A stretch of DNA of 64,000 nucleotides from Tubiluchus corallicola (lineage: Eukaryota > Animalia > Priapulida). The stretch is from positions 496,001 to 560,000 of the forward strand of contig JAQGDQ010000088.1 in assembly GCA_030141605.1 (NCBI GenBank), in the 5' to 3' direction. The notes beneath the pieces were generated by a model. The model had not been told where the DNA came from and made no database searches. It saw only the letters and a list, made by a program, of their open reading frames with translations. Made by a program: the position numbers and the translations under genes. Positions within the stretch are counted from its first letter, which is position 1. Each line of letters opens with the position of its first letter. Shown piece by piece: positions 49,681 through 62,478 of this stretch.

Positions 49681-52600
49681 TATAATTGTACCACTTAAAT
49701 TCTTTACTGACTTCAAAATAAAATTTTAATTAAATAAATCAGCGAACGAAAAAAGAAGGTATCTCAACAGCCGAAAACCCAGAATGGTATTAAACAGGAC
49801 ATTAAAATGACCACACTGCATGAGCCGTTGATCGTGAAACTTCCTGCTCCAGAACGGTTGTAGATGTTGTGGTTGCTAACTTGATATAATAGGTGAAAAC
49901 ATGATGATAAAAGGTGAAGACCCCACTATCGCAATAATATGAAAAACAACCTGGACAAAGTGCCTCGTTTTCTTGTAGCTCTCTTCCTCACATTTTAAAC
50001 TGTATTTTACGGCGTTTAATATATTTTATTAAAATTTTGTCTGTTTTAAATTTTTTTGCCAGCTTGGTGCCTCCTGATCTTTGGCGCCCAAAAGCACGTG
50101 CTTAGTTTGTTAATCCGGACCTGATGTAGTTGAATTTTGAACGGTTTCACGCGAAGTTTTTGTTCGAAGAAGTTGCGCCTGATTGATTTTGAAAGTCTCA
50201 GTTTTAAACCGGTCCGTTTTAATGATTTCCTTATACTTCATCAAACGACTGCCCCGTCTTCCACGCCGTGGCTTCTTGATCATTGATAAAGGTTTGTTCT
50301 AAATGCGCTACACGTTCTTCACCTATACTGGCTCATCCTTGTCGTGGCTTCTTGAACACATACAGATGTGGAATTTCTTGTCTTCATACACTTCTTCATT
50401 GTCATGGGTTTAAAACTTTTTTTGAACACTTGCGACAAATTATAGCTCAATCAACTACAAAATAGCTTATTTTCTCTTCAAGTGAAACCAGAAAACAGTA
50501 GTTTTGGTGTTTTAAAAAAGAGTAATTATGATTAATTTTTGGAATGATGAACCAACTAGATGCATTAAGTTCATAAAGCATTTTACAGAATAATTCTGTT
50601 TTTGCATAGCACCAAGTTATAAATTTTTAAAATTGCACAACGACTATGTAAACACCCTTGTTTATGCAACTGTACAATAATACAGACCTAATCTAGCTAA
50701 TTAAGTGAGATGTATACTTGCCTAGATGGAGATACAGCTTGACACACATTGAAAGATTATGCCGTAGTTCCACATATGAAATGAGCAGTTTTATAAGCAG
50801 CAATCAGCACACGTAACCTCTGCCTTCAACCTTATCCCGTGTCGAGTACTGTCCCAGTGAGAAATATCTAACACAATAAGCGCTATTGGTTGCATACTAC
50901 TAGAAAAAGTTGCACGCGGCTTTTACAAATGAGTCCATCCCACACTTCATTACGCAGAATCGAATAGTGAAGCCACTGGCACAAGTTGCTTTCTACAATT
51001 GTTATCCTAGTCTCACGTTGCAGCACTTAACCACAGGAGAAGATAAGCAAGTCATGATGGAGTCAACGGAAAAACATGCGGCCAAAAGACTCCTCCAACA
51101 ACCGAGGGCTTCTCCTAGCTGTATGTTATGAAACCCCCCCCGAGTGATGGAACTATTAACTAGAGCGGAGAATATCGTGCATGCGAAGAGCGCAATGTGT
51201 TGAACACGTGCAGTCAGTCAGCAATGTGCTGTACTGAATTCCTAGAGGAGGAGGCTGCATGCGCGCAAGAGAAGCCTTTAACTATTGTATCGTGTGTCTG
51301 CAATGCGCAATCAGCAAAATCAAATTAGCAATACCAAACTTATTGGTTTGCTGCTGACTACGCAAATGAGTAGCGTACATATTGTGTAGGACTTACGTTA
51401 ATAAGTACGCTAGAAGACTAAAGTAATACGCATCACATGATGAGAAGGCGGCTTTCCAGCGCGTCTTTCAGCTAAAATAAAAATTGTGGAGACACTGCAC
51501 TTAAGATTAAGAACAGCTTTTAGTTAAGAGCAGCACCTCTTTTTGCCCCAAAGGATATGGATGAGGTTCCTTGACTATTTGTTCTGAATAGAAAACTGGT
51601 ACGTATAATGAAAATAAGCAGTCTTGCTTGAATTTTGGATCGGCACACGATCTGTCACTCACTCGCACAACATGCATAAATTGAACTTTCTTATATATGC
51701 ATGGCCATACAATTAGATCTAATAGTTTTATTACACACTTTAATTTAGAAACAAATAGGAGCACATACTAACCAGAACTGGTTGAAGCAAATTATTACAG
51801 GCCCTATTAGTGTAGTCGCCAGCCCTTAAAGGATGAAAAGAAGGCCAAGTGTGTAAGCCCTTCTACCAAGACAACGCCTCTGCACAGCCAAGACTTCTGC
51901 AGCTCCTCATCCTGGGTAGAGGGTAATGGGACCTAAACTACAGCAGATCTCGATGCTGTACGGAGCTCAAAGATGCTGGACATATGCTTTAGCAGCCTCC
52001 AGTAATGCCCTGGCCACGATTAAATAGCATGTCCACCCAATTGTGCACCAGCTACGCCTCTTACACGACCTTTCCGTATGTAAGCTGCGGGTCATCGCAT
52101 ACTTTCCGTTGTCTTACTTCTAGGTTCTGTGATTGTAGCCGGTGATTTTGTACTGTGTTTTTCACTCGTGTTTCTATTTGTTATGTTTCTGTGATTTTCA
52201 ATGTGATTACAATTCCTTTTTAGTGTAAATCTTTGCGTGTTAATAATCTAAAAAGCTCCCGCCAGTATATGTATTAGTAATTTAGGTAGACTTCCATTCT
52301 TTCAACTGAAAATAAACTAGACAGTTTGAACGTTACGTTTTCCCTCGTTTCTTAATTACGCGATTATTTTCATTAACCGTCACCATTGTCACTAAAAATT
52401 AATTTTGCGTTATATAACATATCCACTAATCAATGGGTCAAATAGAAGTATATTCAGGGGAACAGGCCCACGAGGAATCTCTATCACACCGGCTGTGATG
52501 ACGTTAAGCAGTCGTCAACAGACAGAAATCTAGCAGGCCTTTCCAATCCTTTAAACATCTCACAACTTGGCGAAGCCAGTGCGGATGAAAGTCGCCATTA

Positions 52601-54738
52601 TAAACTTTCGCAACATTATAAAGATTCTCAGCGTTATGTCTTTATAGCTCGCAGCGAACGGCAAGGTTCAAAGCCACCGTCAACTACCGCTACCACCATA
52701 CTTGAGTCTCAGGACTCTCAACTGTTTCCAGGGAGCGAACGTTAAAACCAAACATATAAGCATAAATACCCAAAACCAAACGAAATTCAGTTCACAGTAA
52801 TATCGAAATCTATCTTCATTCCAATAAGACGAATCATTAGGTACAAAAGACACTGTGAAAATTCATATCTTTCAATTAGTTAATGAAATAGTAGTAGGCC
52901 TAATGTAATAGTAAGGTCACCAACTAAATACCTAAAAGCAAATGTGACTTTTAATAGCATCTTAGTGACGGTATGTAACTACGTTTACTATAAAAACAGC
53001 ATTAAAGTATAATAGTTTATCCATTTAATGACTCGTCTGTGGTTTTGTCGGCGCGGCACAATGAACGATTTCGTCATGAATCAATGAAAGACGATAAAAT
53101 GTTGAGCCCATTACTCAGAAGACAATGCTATAGGTCCTTGGAGAGTTGTAATGGACTTATGGCTGGAAAACATCAACTTTTAATATCAGTTAAACACGTG
53201 ACACTTATAAGGCTTGTAGCACATAAGAACTTCATTTCCCTTTTTGCAGGAATTTTCAACCTCGGCTGCATGAATTAATTTTTGTTTGAAAATAAGACGA
53301 AAGTTTAGTATACATGATCTTCGTTCCGAAAAATGGCACTCGCCGTGATTATGCCCAGACTCATTGCTGAGACGCTCCGCTCTAGTCTGATGTTTTCAAA
53401 AAACCCAAAAAAATACTCACAGCAGATTCAGATTTTGAATTTGTAATACATTCATTGCTAACCCATTATTGAATTATTTGAAGTCAAATTTTAACAACTC
53501 CCTGTACATATTTATCATTAAGTTATTGTTGAATTTTATTTGAAGTCAGACAATTCTTCATGATTCTTCGTACTTTACAACTTATCATTCTTGTCGTTGA
53601 AAGTTTTTTTATTATTAGGTACTTGCCTATTAGCATTAGCTAGCACAATCCCTAGTAGTAGATATAAAAATATAAATCTACGTTAGTTTACATAAAGGAA
53701 TAACAGTTATCACCAGATAATGTATAAATTAGAAATCAACCACAATGTAGCACAGTGTATCATAACTCCTGCTGTTACTTGAAACTTTTGCTGTTTAAAT
53801 AAAAATTGTATAATACAAACTTTTTATCATTAACAAAAATGCAAAAAAAAGCAATAATCTATGATCAAATCTAGCAAGAAAAACATCTGTGTGCTACATG
53901 ACCACAAGATACCATAGAAATCTTTAACATTTTTATAAGTAAAAGATCTTCAAATTTAACACCAGCCCGAGTAAGCCTACATAATGGACAATGACATCTG
54001 GAATCAGTTATTGCACAATTTTAATAATGCAAAGTTAATGAAAGTTATATGGTTGGTATTATAATAATTACTGTAAAGTGGAAATTACATAGGTTCATAC
54101 ATTGTTAATATATATTCACCAATTTTGTGCTTGCACAGGACAATCGTCTATAAGACAGCAATTAAGTTTTTTTATTTCTTCACGTATCCTGAATCTCTAT
54201 TTCATGAGGATCATTTTGATGCCAAGGTCATCGCTCGAAGTTATTTCTAAACATCCACCTTGAAGTTGAGGTGCAGGCTATGCACTAAAAAACATAATCT
54301 TGAGAAAATTGCTGTCAAAGTTAGCCATTATTTTTTGTCGCGTTTGTACAAAACACTTGGCAACCACACAAATGTAGGTTGCAATGGACTTTGCAAGAAC
54401 AGATTGATGTTATATTTAAATCCAGTAGATGGCTCTTACTGACGAACATCTGGGCTCGGCAATAGAAAAACCCCAAGGCAAAATGACAGCTTCCAGGAGC
54501 TACTATCGGAGTTTGAAAATAGGAGTTTTTTTACAATTGCAGTACTAGTTTCTAGACAGAAAAGTGGGTAAGTAGGTATAAAATTAGATTTTAGTAAGTC
54601 CAATAAATTTAGCATTGGTTTTTATAAAATGCGGAAAATTGACATTTCACCAAATCTTTGGATCATTCTACTCTGAAGCATCATAACGTAGTTTTAACTT
54701 CGCCGACTTATGGACGGTTTTGGTTTGCAAGCACACAA

Positions 54739-54852
54739 TTAATCAACTATTGGATCAGCATAAGCACACTGTTGTTCAACAGCAAGGTTATAGTCGTCCC
54801 CTGTACCACCCTTAAACTTGCTTGTCACAATACGCAACCACCCACTTTCACC
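54739..54852 (-). CDS. CTSZ: Cathepsin Z last coding exon
   Basis: CATTTCAG|GGT; [37 protein letters not shown]. Confidence 0.92.
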   Translation of the reverse strand, partial: GESGWLRIVTSKFKGGTGDDYNLAVEQQCAYADPIVD

Positions 54853-55293
54853 CTGAAATGTAACAAAGTAATGGAACAGAATAATAATAACACATAAGGC
54901 ATTTAACTCTTAGTTCGAAATAACAAAATGATACATTTTGATTTAGAGTATTTCATGATTACAATGTAATAAATTAAATTAAAAACTTATACTGCATTTA
55001 CAAATGACTGCTTATATAAATGAACTGAGTTGAATTGAAGCCTTTATTGCAGAATCGAAGTTTCATATTAATGAATCATAAATGAAAGAATTTTGTAATA
55101 ACTTCATACTAACAACAAAGTTAGTACTAATTGTTTCAAAGACACAATTTGATAGAGTGTGATCAGAGCACAAGGCAGGACAGTATAGGACAGAAAAGAA
55201 TTATTGATCTCAATGGAACAGTCGAGCAGAACAGAACAGAATAATTTTAAAGGAATGAAAAGGAAACAAAACAAAGACAGGGATTAATCTTAC

Positions 55294-55386
55294 CCATGGT
55301 TCACCCCATGAATTCCGAACAATCCAGTATTCAGTTCCAGTATCATGATCAACACCCCAGCCGGCCACTGATATGATATGATTAAT
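55294..55386 (-). CDS. CTSZ: Cathepsin Z exon with catalytic His and Asn
   Basis: TTTTTCAG|ATT ... TGG|GTAAGA; [31 protein letters not shown]. Confidence 0.95.
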
Positions 55387-56039
55387 CTGAAAAAATATAC
55401 CTGGAATAATTCCGAATTAATCTGGCTGCAAACTGCTAATGACTTTTCATCTAGTTAAATTTTTAACATTCTCTTGACAAATTTGATAAAGTTAACAATA
55501 TGCTGCAGTGAAACAAGCATAGCAGGAGAACTTAAAACTTATTGGCTATGCTCAACGTGGGTAGGCTTAAAATTACGACATACAAACAAAGTGACAAACT
55601 ACGAATACTGGTAAATAGAATAAAGGTCAAAAAGAAATAATGACAATGTGGATGATGCTAATGATGAAGAATTGGTGCCAATGATGACGATGTATCAGGA
55701 ATGATGATTTAAACCAACGGGGCAATTTTTGAATACTCAACAAAATCAGATTTAAAATAATGAACAATTAAAGATAATAAAGATGCGTGTTATTAGCAAA
55801 AATTGATTAACTAGGCCTGTAGAGTCAAGCATTGATTTTTTAGCTTACGTTTAAATATGTGTTCTGATTTACCATTTCTAACCTTCAAATTAGAATACCT
55901 TTTCCCTTACAGAATAGAACAGTAGCTGGTGCAGAGTAAACACGAAGTCGAAGAATCAAAGTTCAAGAAATGTAAACTAAATTACAACCATTTCAGTAGA
56001 AGAAATGAAGTACAGCATGAGTAAAAAAAGCATGGATCG

Positions 56040-57120
56040 AAGTCGTTAAGATCCCGATCCTCGCACATCAATCCCAAACTTTCTTCAAATCCCGGACATT
56101 CACGCCTGTCCTCAACCCCGTTTAGGAACTTATCATGCTATCTTGAACCGGAAGTATAAAAGTTTATAATAAATAAAAAACAAATTTTACTTTAAGTTTT
56201 TGAGGGATATGAAGAAAAATGTGCCAAAAATCAAGTTATACCATCGCCTAAATTTCGAGATGATGTATTATCTACTGAAATCTCATTAACCATAACTGTA
56301 TTGCACTATCTTTTAAAATGTCTTGTAAATATATTACAATATTATACATCATAATACATATGCAATATTAGTAGTTTAAGGTAAATGCACAATTAGCTTT
56401 TCGAGGCACATAGATCTGTGAGTTTGATGCTTATGGTGACGTGTATTGGGAAATAACGATGGAAGAATTTATAAAAAATATTTTGCTGACAGTACTGCTG
56501 CCAGTAGTGGATAATGCTTCTTAGTCTGTAGGCCCTTTGCATAATTATTCTTATTAAGAGTTATTTCAACTTCACAGCAAAAAGATTATGCGGTATGTAG
56601 GCTCAATGTAGGGAAACATTGCAGACGAATGAGAAGTTCATTTATTGCTACTGCATGACCACAGCAAACAAATGTTTTATCACCGATAGAATCACATTCA
56701 CAGGGTAATTAATGCATTTGTAGCTGACAGGCAGTGCGTGTAAATGAACTGTTCACATTTCACAGCTCAAACTTTTGCGACCAGGATTTTAAGCACCTAA
56801 AATTGTTAAACCTGCTGAACTAAATACTGCCTTAACCAAACATGTGTAAATAATTTATGTAATCTTAATTTCAAGATTTCCTTTTGAAACTACTAATTAG
56901 TAGAATAAACCTGCAGTTATTGAATTTATGAAGTCTTAATGTCTGAAAGGAAGTACCGTGAATGGTTTGAATGTACGGGTGGGTGAATCATGTCAATATT
57001 ATCGATGTTAACCAAGTGGAGCTAAAATTTTGCTGTAATTTCATTTTTGCTGTTTACTGAAAATTATATTTTGTTATCCCAAATCGCTGCTCCCAATCCG
57101 AACCTTGATCCCGCACCATA
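56040..57120 (-). repeat. Second, inverted copy of the G-rich-ended dispersed repeat
   Basis: C-rich GATCCC/AACCCC blocks at both ends; homology to 26160-26300. Confidence 0.5.
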
Positions 57121-57332
57121 CCTCACACGCATGCACGTGCACGCACGCAACACACACATACACACACACATATGACCTATTGAAAAAATAATGTGCAGAT
57201 ACACTGCAGATAGACGATAGCAAAAATAGAAATAGATACTAAATCAGAAATAGAAAAAAAAACTATAAACTGCACAGTGTACATAGCAAATGAAATTTTG
57301 AAGACAAACAAAAAGGGTGTGTGTGTGGGGCG

Positions 57333-57438
<106 letters not shown>

Positions 57439-57579
57439 GGAGACAGACTTGAATGACAAGCATTCAACTGTTTTAGCACTCAACCAATCTGCATTCACAC
57501 TGCAATTTGCCACTGAAAGGAAGTTCCACTTGTAGTGTTTTATAGTACATCATTAATCGCTGTAATCGCTGATACTTAC

Positions 57580-57655
57580 TGATGCTGACGGTGAGTACTC
57601 TGCATATATTCCACCCGTATAGTTTTCTAATTTAGCTGTTGCATCAATACCACAA
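57580..57655 (-). CDS. CTSZ: Cathepsin Z exon
   Basis: TCTCTTATTAG|T ... TCA|GTAAGT; (S)CGIDATAKLENYTGGIYAEYSPSAS. Confidence 0.93.
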
Positions 57656-57706
57656 CTAATAAGAGAAAAGAAAGTTATATCACATAACAGAAGCAAATGC
57701 AATAAG

Positions 57707-58097
57707 CAGGGCCAGATTATGACCTTTTGTGACTCCTAGGCTAATAAAATAATGGGGCCCCCTCAGACGGAGCCACCCTCTAACTCGCCCTCACCTGTCT
57801 TGAATATTTTTTACACGTGATATATTTTAGATTTTAGAGACATTTACATAGCTTGAAGTAAACTTAAACTTATTGCAAATTCTGTAAATAAATTAGAATA
57901 ACTATTTTTTCTTTGTTAATAAAATGTTCTTTAAGAAATACCACTATTTGATTATTTACTGCAAATCAAATCAGCACATGTTTCAACACAACTGTAATAA
58001 AAAAAAACAGATTTTTTACCAAATGTTGAGGGCCTCCCAAGCTTGAGGGGCTCTGGACTACAGCTTATACTAGCCCATAGTTCTAGCCCTAGTCCTG
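57707..58097. mobile_element. hAT-type MITE in a cathepsin Z intron
   Basis: Ends CAGGGCCAG ... CTAGTCCTG; degenerate 8-bp TSD GCAATAAG / GTTATAAG; internal GGGCCCC-type subterminal motifs. Confidence 0.6.
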
Positions 58098-58308
58098 GTT
58101 ATAAGCATTATGCGAAAAAAACACAGCTTCCTAACTTAAAATTGGATATGTTGGTGAGAGAACAACTTCTGTACAAAATGAAACAGTTGGTATAGGGAAT
58201 AAAAAGTATAAGTACCTTGTTGAACTATTAATATAGATTTTCCAAATGTTGACAAAATTTTTCAATATAAGAAAATTGGTAGAAGGAATGAATAAAAGGC
58301 ATAAATAC

Positions 58309-58459
58309 CTTATTGGACCGTTAGCATAGATTTCTGCTTGCATATTTTCTCGTCCACTGATAGACCCATAGTCACCCACCTTCCATCGCTTATAGTTTTT
58401 AACCACAAAGCAGTCTTTAAACCAGCTGCAAGAACCACACTGATTCATATCTGTGCAAT
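58309..58459 (-). CDS. CTSZ: Cathepsin Z exon
   Basis: CTTTACAG|AT ... AAG|GTATTT; (D)[49 protein letters not shown]. Confidence 0.95.
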
Positions 58460-59826
58460 CTGTAAAGTGGTAACAAACTTCAGTACTCACGTACTTTTAT
58501 TAATAAAACTCGACACAACAGTCTTCTTTAAGCTACACGCAGTTACAAAGCTGGAGTATTATCACCATGTGAACATTAACTCCTTAATAATGTTAGGAAA
58601 TTTTGAATTAGTAAGTTTTAAACAAATTTTCCTTGTATACTCTGACACTTTTTCTTTCACTAACCACATTTATCTTGGCTGGTTTGAATGGTTTTACATC
58701 CGGCAGATGATAGCTGTTCAACAAAAACAGCAGCCCTTGCTAACAATGTTAAAGGAAGAACCAACCCTTGAACAACATTTATTGCATTTCAATATACAAT
58801 TAAAAATATTGAAATCACCACACAATATATGCGCATAGACTGCTTTGCTTAAAAATGTAAAACAAAATTAAATATTTGTTATCTCCCGCCAAACGAATGT
58901 CGCTGCCGGCATGTTTGAAAAAAAATGACATAAGTTGGTGTCTGCTGGGCAGCATGAATACTGTGAATGCAAGCTGCGATGAAGTTACGCATTGAGAAAT
59001 TTCTACAGTTCACTCAGAAGCTCAGTTATTCTAGCGTTGCATTTAACTGTGTTTATGTAAAAATTAGTGATTTGATCAATTATGACTACGGTTAAAGTGG
59101 TTATGTAGCTTTAACCCTCAGGATTATACAATAAAATGTGTAAGTAGTATACATTAATTGAGTAAATGTAATTAATTTACAACTTTTGTTGACTTTCAGA
59201 AACACAAAGTAAAGTAGTGAATATACAATAGGTACCAGTTTATAGAGATCGCTCTACAAGTCAAAAAATGATTGCTTAAGCACTTGGCAGAATAACCGTT
59301 GTATTGCACAGTAACCAGATGACGCCATTTTTCACCAAAATGAGCATGCCCAAAGTGTGAAGTAATCGCGATTTTAAATTGAAATTATTAATTACAGGAG
59401 GCGCTTATCACAATTTCACTGCTGAATCTTTCCAACATTTTTCTCAAATTTTAGAATAAGCTCAACTTCCCGAGAGATTTGGTTTTTGCTTTAAGAGTGA
59501 GTAATCTTTATATGGGCTTGGCCTTAAAACCACAGATAGTATGAAAAGTCTGGATTCACTGATAAACACTTACACTTTTTAGAAAAATTGCCCATTGTAG
59601 ACGTCCCGTGATCTCCTTAGTCACAATGTTTAAAAAGATTTGGCATATTGCGGCAGAAAATGTATGTCGCCAGTTTTTCGTTCTTTGTTTCTGATATAAT
59701 ACCATGGTATCAATTTGGTAGTTATTCTAATCTCTATACATATTTGTTTTAATCTCTACAACCATCATGTAAAAAAGCACCATGGAGTCAAGTACATGAA
59801 TCTGAACCAAACAAATGCATTATTAC

Positions 59827-59950
59827 CTTGATCAATTGCTTGATAATTATTACACGTTTCATCTGGGATCCCCTTCTCGTGAGCATATTCATATACCCCT
59901 AGCTGGCCTCCACCGTGGCAACTACCTGCATTTCCACAATCAAGTACATT
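59827..59950 (-). CDS. CTSZ: Cathepsin Z exon
   Basis: TTTTTCAG|AAT ... AAG|GTAATA; [41 protein letters not shown]. Confidence 0.95.
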
Positions 59951-60367
59951 CTGAAAAAGTAACCAAGGCTTACAAAAATGTACATTTTGCTAGTACTTTC
60001 ACATATTATTATTATATCGGTCACATTACGAACTTGAAGCACTCCAGTTTAAGCATTATATGCAATTCATAAAATAATGAAGCATTTTCATAAACAAGTT
60101 GTAATTACTTAGACTTAGTATAACATACATAATTAGTGTTTATTTTAGCACTTGAACATTTAACACAAATAATAATGCATTTACAAATACTGCCAGGAGT
60201 ATAGCTAACTAGTCAAATCACTGGCAAAGACTGTTTCATCGTTTCGAGTTTGAATGAACTTGGGAGTCACAACTCATTCCAAGAAAAATCTTGAATCATT
60301 GACACACGCCACGAGTCAAAGTCGAGTCCTCGTCAAAGCAAGTTGAGACACTAACAGACCTATAGAG

Positions 60368-60406
<39 letters not shown>

Positions 60407-60473
60407 TATTGACTGATTAAGAGATAGTCGAAGATGATATTTTGGTTCAGTCTATAGTTCACCACAAAAAAGG

Positions 60474-60682
60474 ACTTTTGATCATATAACATGATCATTA
60501 CTATCCAAAAATACCTAAATAATTATTTACAAACTCTCACTACACACTTACGATCACATAACATGATCACTACTGTCCAAAAACAGCTCAAGGGTTATTT
60601 ACAAATTCACGATAAACACTTTTGATCACATAACATGATCATTACTGTCCAAAAATCGCTAAAGAGTTATTTACAAATTCAC
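60474..60682. repeat. 72-bp minisatellite, ~3 copies
   Basis: Units start at 60474, 60546 and 60618 (core GATCA(C/T)ATAACATGATCA.TACT.TCCAAAA...TTATTTACAAA). Confidence 0.9.
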
Positions 60683-60911
60683 AATATGACATTGGGTTTC
60701 CATTGAAAAATTCATGCAGATCGTTGAAGTTCAGTTCAGTGTTATCTTCAGGAAGGTGATTAGTAAGTGGACAAAAACAGATAACATACATTGAGCACAA
60801 GACTCCCACAACTGACCCTCAACTCATGCTTTCACATGCAGCCCTTGCGTACTCACGCTGCATTTCGAGCTTTTGCCAATAATCAAGAAAAAATTGACTT
60901 TCTCGGGTGAT

Positions 60912-60998
60912 CATGCCAACACATTAAAATTATTATTTACCTTCACAGTCATTAACATGCCAACACATTTGTTATTATTTACCTTGACAGACATTAAC
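60912..60998. repeat. 44-bp tandem duplication
   Basis: CATGCCAACACATT...TTATTATTTACCTT.ACAG.CATTAAC occurs twice. Confidence 0.85.
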
Positions 60999-61999
60999 TT
61001 TCTGCAGTACAATAAAGCAAAATTCAACATGGAAACTTCCACAAAAGAGCTTATTCTTGTCGGCCCAGTCATTAGGATATATAATACAACTGTTCTAAAT
61101 GACAATGTTTTACAGGACGATTAATAGAAAGATGATGACTATATTGTGATTTTAGCTTATTGTGTACTTTGAGAATTGTTATATCGTGGTCTGCTATTGG
61201 TCAGTGCATTTTCTTTTACCAGCTTCCAATGAATCACATTTTGAGTGCACCAAAATGATATCGTGCCTCAAGTCTGTTCAGTAAGCCAACATTGAAGACC
61301 CCTGACCCCGTAGCTGTTTTGGCTGGTTATCCGCAACTTGGCAGCTATGCAATAAGAGTCAGAGTCTAAGGCTGTATAACAGCACTGAGTCTAATGTTGC
61401 GACTGAGATCTGTATTTTTGTGTGATCTGAAAATTTTGTAGCCACACACATTTTTGTAGAATTCAAATTTACAAAAATCAAAAAGATATGTTGAACTTGA
61501 AAGCAGCACATAAGTAGTTAAAAATATTAAAATACACCTAAAATGCATGGCAAGACTAAAACAGAAGAATACCATGACTACAGATGCATTTATAGATATG
61601 AGCAAGTGGGGTTTACTAGTTGTAAAGTAGTGAATATAACTCTTAGGTTTTAGACAAAATTACAACTGCAACTTATTACTTTCAATGCAACATGCAAAAT
61701 ACTGTAAAACAACAATTTGGGTATGGTAATTAATGACATTTTTCCAGAAGGTTCTATTTCCTGATGAATAAAAGTTCATTTTATTAACAAGTCAGGTATC
61801 TGTCTAAGCTGATATCAAAGCTTATCATAAAAGTGATTTTTTTATAGTAGCACTTGAGTGGATGAAACAATGTCTACTCAAACGATTATCAGTTATCAGA
61901 GCATTTACTACTCAGCTCTGTTTAAACAGGAAACACTATATAAAAAGGTAATCAAAAGTTTTCACGTTTCAGCTGAGTTTATCAAGAAAATGCTAATAC

Positions 62000-62100
62000 C
62001 TGTACTGAAAGGTAGGCTGATGGCCAGGCACCATTTCGTTTGATGTTGATGCGATCAGCCAAAGCACTGGTTGTGCCCATAGCCCAGCAAGAACCGCAGT
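62000..62100 (-). CDS. CTSZ: Cathepsin Z exon with catalytic Cys
   Basis: TGTCTCTAG|AC ... CAG|GTATTA; (Y)[33 protein letters not shown]. Confidence 0.96.
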
Positions 62101-62359
62101 CTAGAGACAAAATTATACATGAAAAAATGTGCGAAACAAAACAAGGTAAATTCAGGATACAAAATTGATTTTACTGTAATAAAAAAATTTATTATTATCT
62201 GTTAGTCATTAAAAATTATCTATTGCAGTCATATATATATGTATATACAGTATTAGAATTGACATGTCTACAGGAAACTGAGCTACACTAGTCAACATAT
62301 TTATATTACAGAATATCATTACATCAACATTATTCAGAAATATTAGTCAAAATAATTAC

Positions 62360-62478
62360 ATGTTGGAATGTGTTGATTTCTTGTGGTGCTTACGTAATTT
62401 GTTCCATTAATATTTCGCCAATCCCAGGAAACTGGTAGTGCATTCATTTCCAAATATTGATGTGGCCTTGGTTTTGTT
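62360..62478 (-). CDS. CTSZ: Cathepsin Z exon: end of propeptide and start of mature enzyme
   Basis: TTTGTTCTGCAG|A ... CAT|GTAATT; [39 protein letters not shown]. Confidence 0.94.

Noticed and set aside
51855-52050. Faint Tc1/mariner-like words (YQDNA, ADLD, NSMS)
   Set aside because: Too degenerate to support by eye; no TIRs found.
58338-58838. 166-aa plus-strand ORF
   Set aside because: Antisense to a CTSZ exon and intron; non-ATG start and no recognisable domain.
60474-60682. CRISPR-like repeat array
   Set aside because: Whole units are homologous (no unique spacers), there are no cas genes, and the context is a eukaryotic intron.
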